Origin: Cercozoa sp. M6MM
Taxonomy: Eukaryota > Protista > Endomyxa: Ascetosporea
DNA: 64,000 bases
NCBI GenBank assembly: GCA_040357565.1
Contig: JBDODJ010000006.1
Direction: 5' to 3' (one strand)
Shown here: piece by piece, positions 37,901 to 47,553 of the stretch
Numbering within the stretch: the stretch's first letter is position 1
Layout: every line of letters starts with the position of its first letter
Position numbers and translations under genes: made by a program
The notes under the pieces: model-generated
Databases searched by the model: none
What the model was told of the DNA's origin: nothing
Seen by the model: only the letters and a program-made list of their open reading frames with translations

Positions 37901-38029
37901 CTGGACTACGTGTTTACCTTTTGCGCTGTAGGTTCGTCACGCGAGACTGGACGTGCTTGTGACGCGTGCTTTCTTCGCTCGTACTTTGCGCTCGCCGATG
38001 CCACCGACGATACCACAGTCTTGCTGTAA
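33256..38029 (+). CDS. RhoGEF with DH-PH, ankyrin repeats and C-terminal FYVE finger
   Basis: DH: RELVTTEQTYV, LKMYTQFC, LLITPVQRVPRYALLLEQL. PH: LLRHGEL, HAFLFANCFV. ANK: GRAPVHLAVLSGN, GANVNARDAKGRTPLHLA. FYVE: WFPD..CTLC..F..RVRQHHCRACGALVCGNCS..CDAC. TAA at 38027-38029. Confidence 0.88.
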
Positions 38030-38226
38030 CCTCAGCTAATGAGTCTGTGTCAGTCATAGTCCTCGTCGCCTCTGATCATGACGTGACGGGGTTTCCGTTC
38101 ATTTTGAGTTGGGCGGAGCGCAAACTGATTTAGTACACTCAGTACGTTAATCAGTTTGTGCTCCCTCCTGCTAGTGGCTTACTAATGAACGATAACGAAC
38201 GAAACCTTCAGTTGCGTTGCTTCACA

Positions 38227-40164
38227 TCATCCTTCCGTCACGTCCAACCTAGAATTCGCCGTTTTTGGTCGTCTGTAGTCGGCTGAGGGATACGCAGTTA
38301 TTGTTCCTCGGTCGAGTGGACTCTGATCGGACACTGGCAATTGTGTGCTGAGCAACTGAGATCGGAACTCTGCAGTTTGAAGCTGCTGTGAGAGTCGCTC
38401 GCGCTCCTCTTCGCTTCGTCGCAGTTTCTTCAACAGCTTGGCGACTTCTCGCTTGTCTGTTTGCTTTTCGAGTGCCTGGGTGGCATACAATAAGTCAGTC
38501 AGTTATACGTCGCATTAAAACATGCCATCACATGGGTAGTAGGACCAGCTTTACCAACTGTTCTTCATTCAACTGCTTCTTGAGGGTAGCGACAGTGTGC
38601 TCAAGTTTGTCGTTGGACAAGCGGAACTTCTGCAATTCCTCTTCATACACTTTCCGCGACCGTTTCGTTGCCTCGTTGAACTCGTCGCTCTTGTGCTGCA
38701 GTTGCGTTTCCAGTTGCTGGCTTTTCTGGGCGAGCTCACGCATGCGAATTTGCATTTCCGCCATCCGCTCGTGTGCCTGTCGCACTTCAGCAAAGGAACA
38801 TTCCAGATCCTCGTTGGTAACCAGATTCGCATTAGTAGCAAGCGGATTTGTTGCAGCTGGCGCGATTGATTTCACGCCCTTGACTCGCTGCTCGAGTGTC
38901 GTGACTGCAAGATCATTCTGTAGTTGCTGCTGTTGGAAGCGTTCTTCCGCCGATCGACGGAACTCGTCGTACTGCTTTGTGATTTCCGCAAGCTGCGACT
39001 TTGCTTCCTCAAGTTGCTTGGTAAGTTCCGCGTTTTCGCGTGTAAGATCGCGCTTACTTGCTTCGAGTGCGGAGACACGAGCTGTCGCCGTCAGTTCAGC
39101 ATCTCGTTTCGCTGCGTTGAGTCGCTGCGTGTGCTGCATTCGCTCGACATGAAGCGTCGAAACACGCGACTCCAGCTCGGCCACATTGCTGCAGTTCTGT
39201 CGCAGTGCGAGCGCAATGTCGTCCTTCTCCTGTGACAAATTAGGTTTGATCAGTGTACAAGGTATCTGGTCTATTGTAAAAGTTAAAAGGTACATTATTG
39301 GCGGCTTCAAGTTGAGCTTCCGTGTCTGCCAACTGACTTCGTGTCGACGTAAGAGCTCGTTGCAGTTTGGCGATTTCAGAAATGTGACGCAGTCTCATTT
39401 CGTTCAATTTGTGCGTCAGATTCTCGCGCTCACGAACCCACTCCATGCGCTCTTGTTGCAACACAGAAAGTTGTGCGTTCGCAGTGGAGATTTGTTCCTT
39501 GAGTTTGGCTTCGTGTTCGTGACCGGTACTGTCGCTGTTGCTGTTTTCAGCAGTCTTCAATGACAATAGGTTTTGCAGTCGCTTCACTTCCTGCTCGCTT
39601 GCCTCTGCACGACTACGGAACAAACTGCACTGTGCTTTCTGGGCTTCTGCTTCGCCGCGAGCTTCAGAGAGAGCCAACGCTGCCCGATGGCGCTGATCGG
39701 CCGCTTCTCTGCGCGCTTCTTGCGCTCGCTGCTCCAGGGTTGCGATGCGACCGCTGTACTTGGCTTCTGTCGCTGCTGCAAACTCCGAGTTCTGTGCAAT
39801 CTCTGTGAGTTGTGCTTGCGGACGAGATTCTAACTCGGCCAGTTTCGCCTGCGTGTGCGCCATGCGTGCTTGCCATTGCGCTTTGAGTGATGCGAGTTGC
39901 TCTTGCGTTTCGTTTCTTTCCTCACTCAAAGTTGCGACACGACGTTGTAGGACATGCACCTGAGCTTTTAATGTCGAGTTTTGCTGTTTTAGCGACTGGG
40001 CTGCTTGCACAACTTGCTCATTTTGCTGTCCTACTGCCTCTACCGAAGCGACCGCAGCCCTGAGCTGAACTCATGCAAAAACTTCACGCGAAAGGTACGG
40101 ACCAGATACAACTAAAACCTACCGCTCGCTCAGTCTCGCCCTGTTCCTTGGTCTCGGCTAGCAT
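38227..40164 (-). CDS. Long coiled-coil hypothetical protein
   Basis: Three long E/Q/K/R/L heptad-rich exons (39240-40010, 38528-39230, 38227-38476) joined by GT-AG introns; ATG at 40164. Confidence 0.75.
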
Positions 40165-40458
40165 GCCGCTCGTTTAGAATCGCAACGCTGTAGGTTCGAT
40201 TCGCGTATTCCATACTAACCGTATTGGTTTACGTCCGCGCGGAGGCCATCGGGTGGGCAATGGCGGAATATTCGAAACTGGAACTTGTTTGATTGACTCA
40301 GTTCGTACGGTAGCAAATCGAATTTATATATACACTCGATGGATACTGTATGTAGTTCCCCTGCACAATCTGGGGTGGCACAACTCACAAGAGCATGTTC
40401 GCGTCTACCGCCCACTTAATAGGACAGGTAAAGCGACCGCGAACATGATGCAACTCGC

Positions 40459-41056
40459 CTAAATGTCGCCACTGAGCTCCTTCATCATCTGCTCGTAGTC
40501 GGCCGCCATCTGTGCCTCGGCCTGCAAGAAAAAAGCCAAAGACCAGTGAGTGCACCATCAGAAAGCAACATAGAAAGCAACGTTACCGTAGGACCCGAAC
40601 CGAGCTGCTGCTGTCGCGGACAGTCGACAGTGAGGTGACCCACATCACCACAAATCGTGCACTTGACATCAGCCGGCTTCCAGGTCTGCTCTCTCTTGGG
40701 ACACTTGGTCTGCACAACGTATGTGTTAGGTACAGGCACACACACAAACATAGAAGTAGCGAAAAGGGTGGGCCTACCGGCTGGTGACCAAAGGCGCCGC
40801 AGATATCGCAGGCGACGTTGCCGGTCCAGGTGCCGTTGTACAACATGACCTGTCGCATCTGACGCACCTGCTCCTCGGGCGTCATCGGGATACACGTCTT
40901 CTTAGCGGCTGCGATGCCTGCCGCCAGGTCGGCCTCCGTGCTCGCTTGGATCTGATTATTATATCTAATATTTACAAATATACACAACAGAATATTTATA
41001 GAAGAAGTACCCAGTAGTGCAACGGCTTGTCACGATGAGCCGCATCGGCCGGTCGC

Positions 41057-41110
<54 letters not shown>

Positions 41111-41210
41111 NNNNNNNNNNNNNNNNNNNNNNNNNNNNNNNNNNNNNNNNNNNNNNNNNNNNNNNNNNNNNNNNNNNNNNNNNNNNNNNNNNNNNNNNNN
41201 NNNNNNNNNN

Positions 41211-41255
<45 letters not shown>

Positions 41256-42017
41256 CGTCACATTACACACAAGCAGAAGCAATTCAAAGAAACGTACTGC
41301 GTGAGCCTTCGACATGTGCACCTCTGTCCACAAACAGGGTAGAGTAAAGAGGAGGATAGATGGCGGGGGTAAATGAAAGAGCACCGGCCTCGCAGAACCA
41401 TCTTGCAGTTGGTCTCCTTCTGCATACGCACGATGTTGATACCACGGGCACCGATGATGGCACCGGCGAAGTTGTAGTCGGGGTACTTGTCTTGCGGCAC
41501 CCACACCACCGCCTCCAGCTTGGGTGGCACATAGCTACACACACACACACATGCAAATCCCCTACAGTCAAGAAGGAAGTACAGTGTACCCAGAAGGAGG
41601 CTTGAAATTCGGGTTCAACTCGCGCGCCTTTCGCACCAGTTCGTGCATGCGCTTTTCCATCTTGGCACGGTACCTGGGGGGGGGGGGGGTAAGCTCGTAA
41701 CACATAGGCACACACCATAAGGGAGGTACCGTTGGTGGCGCATGTTCGTACGAACGCCGTTCTCGTCGTACTCTACATCAGTAACAAATTGAAACTACAC
41801 AGACACTCTCATGTGCATGTGCGAGGTCGGATCTCTACCTGGCGCAGGGGAAGGCGGCTCGTCCGGTGTGCGCGGAGGCGGCATCCTGCTCAGTTGTACC
41901 TTAGTTGTACTGAGGTAAACACATTAAGCAGCCCAACGTACCAAACAGAACTGCTTAAATCGCGCCACAGGTCCGACATTTCGGCGATTGTGTCCTATGG
42001 ATTAATATACACCTCAA

Positions 42018-42055
<38 letters not shown>

Positions 42056-42456
42056 GGCGGGATATGACAGACTCACCTGGTACACGACACGTCGCGCATC
42101 CTCTGCATTCACACGACGAGCACCGAATCGCTTGCGACGCTTCTTCTTCTTCGGCTCGCCGCTTTCTTCGGCCTCTTCAGTCTTCTTGGCCTCCTCTTCT
42201 GCCCCCACCATCCGTGTCAACAATACAAGTAATCTACCCTCGTGAAAGGACGAGAAACAAACGCACCCTTGGCCTCCTCCGGTGACCAGCGCGACTTGTG
42301 GCGGTTCTTGCGACGAGCCAGGCGCGCCGGGAGCGGTCGATCACGTCCGAAGCGCGAAACCACACGGCGCGACACGTACTCGTGTTTCTCGAGTTCGAGG
42401 AGTTCCTTCTCCTGCCACTCCTCCGTCTGTTCCTGTTCCAGGGGTGCTTCCGTCAT
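40459..42456 (-). CDS. SF1: Splicing factor 1 / branchpoint-binding protein (ULM, SPSP helix, KH-QUA2, two CCHC knuckles)
   Basis: RKNRHKSRWS (ULM); PPSPAPEYDENGVRTN..LNPNFKPPSGYVPP; KH VWVPQDKYPDYNFAGAIIGARG..QKETNCKMVLRGRG; QUA2 QMRQVMLYNGT; CDICGAFGH..KC and CTICGDVGHLTVDC; terminal DYEQMMKELSG. ATG at 42456, TAG at 40459-40461. Confidence 0.93.
41061..41251. repeat. (CA)n microsatellite in an SF1 intron, with a 100-N gap
   Basis: Direct inspection. Confidence 0.97.
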
Positions 42457-42670
42457 TGCCAACAACAACAAGTGTCACTGTACACACCGAGACACACTGT
42501 GTGATCGTTTCAGGGCGGCGTTTTGACGAAAAACAAAATATTAAAAGAACGGTAAGAAGGTCACGGCGCTCCGCTGTGACGCTGTGAGACGCCGTTGTGT
42601 TCGTGTGTGGACATAGTGTGGGACATCCGGAGGTGATAGTGACGCGACTGGCTCGATAGCACATTCCAAG
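42457..42670. promoter_or_regulatory. Putative bidirectional promoter shared by SF1 and U1C (214 bp between ATGs)
   Basis: Divergent start codons at 42456 (-) and 42671 (+); too short for much beyond two 5' UTRs and a core promoter. Function is inferred. Confidence 0.65.
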
Positions 42671-43759
42671 ATGCCCAAGTACGCTGCCAAAAGCTGCATT
42701 TTGTTCTTGTTGTGTGTGAGATGTTCTTTGTATTGTGTGTGTGTGTGTTTTTTTTGCTAGGTTTTACTGCGACATTTGCGATAAGTTCATGGTGCACGGT
42801 TCCTACGGTGGCCGTAAGGAGCACATTCGAGGCAGACGGCACCAGGAGAACGTGCGTCAGTACTACGGCATGTTCGTGGACCCGCTTCTGAACGGCCTGA
42901 TTCCGATCCTGCCTGGCGCCGTGCGTGCTGGTGCTTTTTCTTTGTGTTCAGATGGAACTATTGCTGAGTGTTGTGTATGTTGGTTTTACAGGCTACCGTG
43001 TCGTGCCGCTGCCGAAGCTGCTGAACATGCCGCTGATTGCGGGTGGCTACCAGTACAACCCGAACATGCCGTCGGCGCCGCTGTCGGTACCCTTTGTGCT
43101 GGTGATTTCGATGCTTTGGCACATTGAAAATTGAGTGCTGCTGGTAGGAGGAGCTGCCCAAACACTTTGTGGACAAGGCCGAGGACGAGTTCGTGGCACC
43201 GTACCTGCAGCGACAGCAGGAGCAGCAGCAGAAGAGTCGCGAGCTGCGACGACAGGTGCCTCCTTGTGTTCTAGTTTCCCGTGTGTGTATATGCGTGTTT
43301 GAGGGTTCCGCAGGAGATGCACATGAGCAACCGACAGCAGCACGGACAGCAGCCTCCGCAGCACGGACAGCTTCCGCATGGACAGCACCCGCACCCGCAG
43401 CATCAGCCGCAGCACCACCAGCAGTACCAGCAAGCGCCGCCGCAGCACTACCAGCAGCCACCGCCGCAGCACCACCAGCATCACCAGCAGCAGCACCAGT
43501 ACCAACCGCCGCAGCGCCAGCAGCAGTACCAGCAGCAACAGCAGCACCAGCAGCAGTACCAACCGCCGCAGCACCAGCAGCAGTACCAACCGCCGCAGCA
43601 CCAGCAGCAGCGCGAGCAGCAAGATGCCCAGGTACACTACCTGTTACGTCTTGTGTCACCACAACTTGTGTCACCACAACTTGCACTCTGTATCTCTTGC
43701 AGGTGCGCAACATCGCTCGCCCGCCGCCGCCGATGCCGGCTCCTTCTGCCCAGCATTAG
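42671..43759 (+). CDS. SNRPC: U1 snRNP protein C (matrin-type zinc finger) with Q/H/P/Y-rich low-complexity tail
   Basis: MPK|FYCDICDKFMVHGSYGGRKEHIRGRRHQENVRQYY aligns without gaps to the U1C N-terminus (C6, C9, H24, H30; ENV..YY). TAG ends at 43759. Confidence 0.88.
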
Positions 43760-44027
43760 TGCGATCGACAACCCTATATCCTAGTACGTGCCGGTGATCG
43801 GACATGAGCGATGACGTCACGCATGTTGTCGCGTCGTGTCGTGTAATCAATCACGTCAACTATATTCCTTCGGTTCTTGTTTAAATTACGTTAGATCTTC
43901 AGTTTACGTTAGGTACTGTTCGGTTGGTTACTTAGCTAAAATTACGGGCAACCGAACGGAAGCGAAGCGACTTGACTTGCCGGGACGGGAAGCGAAGCGA
44001 AGCCGACCTCCGGCTCCGTTGGAAGTG

Positions 44028-45826
44028 CTAGCAAGGAGGCGACCCAGACTCTGCTTGAGCGCTCAAAGTAGCGGTAAGGTGCTCCTGTTTTCGGAACCGA
44101 GCAACAAACAAGCCACTAGAACGCACACGTAGATGAGACAAAACACACGTGATTTTTTGGAGTGCAAGCACGCCACAAGAAACAGGGAGGAAGTACGAGG
44201 TATTTGACGTAACGGGGTCAAATCTTGCAACATGTTGTAAACCTCGAGCAGTCTCACTTGATTCGGGATCGGCAAGCGCACCATGCCACGGCATCTGTCG
44301 CCGCAGGTCGTCGGACAAGGGGAGTTCTTCAGGCACAGCGTCGCTTTCGAGTTCAAGGAACCTCTCCACGACACCCTGCAGACAAGAGAAAGTACACAGG
44401 AGACACAATGGGGTGTGCGGAGACAAAGAACCTCATTTTGCACGCGAGTGAAGGAGCACGTGGAGTAAACAATGACACCACCCGGCTTCAGCAGAGAGAA
44501 GCCATTTCGCAGCAGCTGCAACTGCAAGTCTTGCACTGCGGCCGCTCCTCGTTCGGCCTGTGCATATTCTCATTTAGTACAGTGTTCGTTTAGGGTATGC
44601 AGTACCTCCAAGACACGGCGGCGGAAAGTATCCCAGCCCCACTGCGCAAACTTGGCTATGTGGCGCACACTGCCATCGTGGGTGCACTCGGCGTCCACCA
44701 AGACGCGGTCGTACAGAGTGTCACCCGTGTCAGAGGTGCTGCGGTTGTTGTTGTTGTTCTCACTGCAGTTACGCTCAATGTTCTCTGTATCCTCAGTGTC
44801 CTTGTGGATGACACGTTTCGCCAATTGCTCGGTCAGCTTGCGTCGCTTCTTGGCGTACCTGCGCTGCATGCGAGGTCGCAACGATGAGATGTCATCTCTC
44901 CTGTTCAGTTAACTGGTGCAGACATACAATTCCCACAGAGGCAGATGTGTTTACAACTGTTGTGGCGTAGGAGGCGGTAACTGAAAGGTCCTGCCGTCGT
45001 GCAAACGGAGACGAATGATACTTTGGAGTTCATGCCGTCGTACAAGTGAACTGGGGTTCCTCACACGTTGCATGACAGGTGTCACCAGTTGTGTATTAAA
45101 AAAGTACCGTGCCGAGTTGAGTCGCTCTTCGGAGACATCTACACCAGTAACGGAACCTTGTGCCCCAGTGCCGACACTTAGCGTGTCAGCCATCATGCAC
45201 CTGCAGAAACCATGTGCGTAAAGATTAAAAGGGAGAAAGCATCATATCGTACAATTTCATGCCAGGCGCACAGCATAGGTCCAACACGTGATGGCCGCGT
45301 CGCACGTCCAATGTCAACACAGCAATGGCCGAGGCCGCGTCCATGCCATAGAGTCTTCCGGACCGGAAGGAAGGCAAGCGTGCGACTCCAACACGACCGT
45401 CCAACTGGAAAAAGTCGCTCAGTGGTGCCTTTTGCACAAGCGGAAGCAAGTGCTCATCTTCAGTCTACGAGGGCATATGCTATCATTCCAGAAACAACAA
45501 ACAAAATGACGGCTATAGATTACGTTAGGAGGTCGGAACTGTGACTTCAGACCGTCGTCTCGAAACCCATGATCCCAAAGTTCTTGTTCCAACTCCTGTC
45601 GCGTCACTGGCTGCGACATTACCCATCTATATAGGAAACGTGTCAAAACCCAAGAGAAACAGCATACGTTCCGAGGATTGATGCGCACGAAACGCGGCAA
45701 TTCGTCCACATTCTCATAGATACGCGCATCGATGCCATGCCGTGCGCAGAACTCGAGAAGCTCCGGAGGCATCTCATCGGTTCTGACACTGTGAATATTC
45801 GGTTTCGGGACTGGGGACGCGCTCAT
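44028..45826 (-). CDS. NOL1/NOP2/Sun-family RNA m5C methyltransferase
   Basis: YGMDAASA, VLDLCCAPGMK, YDRVLVDAECTHDGS, LKPGGVIVYSTCS..QNE, TSGLFVARFRK. ATG at 45826. Confidence 0.92.
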
Positions 45827-46062
45827 TAAAGTTCTTCGCACTGCCCGACTAGCGCACAGTGTAGTGGCACGCACTCGCATACAACAAGATCACGTTTAGG
45901 CGAGAGCAACTGAGCTATATTTAGTGGCTACATATCAATGAGAGCGTCAAAAAGTACAGGTAGTCGACAGTCGACTACCGTACACATCGTCCTTACTGGA
46001 AGTGCATAATCCTCTAAAACGATTGACCGTTGCAGTCCTCAAGCGTTTCAAGCCGAGTCGGT

Positions 46063-47387
46063 TTAGTTAAGGTGCGTGTTGAAGAAATCGAGGGTGCGCG
46101 CCTTGGCGATAGCGCACTGCTCGGCGTTGTAGTTCGGGCCCTCCTGCATATCATATCAAATCAGGGTCAAGCAGCATTGATCAAGCAGCATTAATCAAGC
46201 AGCATTCGCAGGAGGGAGTGAGGCCGATTGTGTAGGTACCTGGCGGCAGAACGCGTGCTCACAACCCGGGTAGGTGTGCAACGTGAACCTGCAACACAGG
46301 AGGTTACCAATGCAGGTGAAGCAAACTACCGACGAAAGAAACAGCACTGCACGTTGGCCTCCTGCATGGCTTGCGTCAGCTTGCCAACGTCGGCCGGCGA
46401 CGAAAAGCCCTCGAGCGAATCGGCATCACCAAAGTTCAGCAACAGCGGGCACTTGACACCTGGGAAGCAGGGGAGATAACCTAAGGGACAAAACTTTCTG
46501 AGGCACTAAGAGGTACCCTGCTTGGCAGGGTCGGCCAGCGCAGCGCCCGGGATGCCGTAGAACACGGAGCTGCAAGGGGAGGCAGGTGTGAATGGTTAGT
46601 ATCAATTAAGTAGGAATTCTAAGGCTGGCACACGGAGACATACCAGGCATCGGCCTCGTCGATCAACACAGATGAGGCGAGCGTGAGAGCGCCGCCCATG
46701 CAAAAGCCACTACACAAGACGCATACACCAGCAGGTGAGGTAGGGGGTAGAGGCGATAACGCACACGATGCCGACCTTGGTGCAGCCGTTGTTTTTGAGG
46801 TAGCGCACAGCACCTGCACACACGCAAAGACGAGGGTGTACTGAAAGACAGATGGGAAAGGAAAGAACTATACCACGAATGTCCTCAATTGCACCCGGCC
46901 AGTCCAGGCCGTCCATAAGATGGCCCTACATGCCAGGCAATGTATTGTCAACACATGCATAACTGTGCAGGAATTACAGCCTCCTCATGGTCGATCGCCT
47001 CCTTGCCTCTGCCACACAGAGAGGAAAGATCAAAACGGGAGCACCCTTGAAGAAAAAGAAAAAACCGGTACCGGTACAGATCAGGAACGAGCGTCTTGAA
47101 CTCGTCAGTAGGGAACCAGCGCGTCGCCAAATCCTTGATCTGCAGAAATGCGCTCACTTCAATATCAGACACGCATTCTGATAAAACTTTGGGAACTTGC
47201 CTACCTCCTGGTTGGCACCCCACCACTCCTGGATCACAACGACGCCCTTGGTCGACTCACCTGCACAAGTAACCGACGTTTCGAAAACAAGCATTCCAAA
47301 AAGAAAAAAGATTGCAAAACACGCACCTTCGAGGTAACCGACGCCCTTGCCGGCTGCGTTGGCAGACTCGTACTCAATTCGGACCAT
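46063..47387 (-). CDS. Dienelactone hydrolase / carboxymethylenebutenolidase family
   Basis: GVVVIQEWWG, LVPDLYRG, LDWPGAIEDI, VGFCMGG nucleophile motif, FYGIP, FGDAD, YPGCEHAF. ATG at 47387, TAA at 46063-46065. Confidence 0.93.
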
Positions 47388-47553
47388 CCTCGCTCTGTAA
47401 ATTGCTTTACTGTGCCGCAGCGAAAGTCCGCTCAACTATTTCTTTTTCGCTGCTGGTTGATCAACATCGATCTCTGGAAACAAGAAGTGATTGAACGTGT
47501 GCACCACTTTAATAGATTGGCGTTATTGTATTGATGGCAACCTAACCCTTCGA

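Noticed and set aside
40165-40215. tRNA-like GGTTCGATTC T-loop
   Set aside because: No acceptor, D or anticodon stems around it; it lies in the 5' flank of a protein gene.
42671-42870. ZMAT5 (U11/U12-20K) or WBP4 instead of U1C
   Set aside because: MPKFYCD start, C9-to-H24 spacing and H.ENV..YY match U1C without gaps.
42958-43797. Long Ala/Thr-, Leu- and Ser-rich alternative or antisense ORFs over U1C
   Set aside because: Shadow frames of the CAG/CAC/CCG-rich low-complexity U1C tail.
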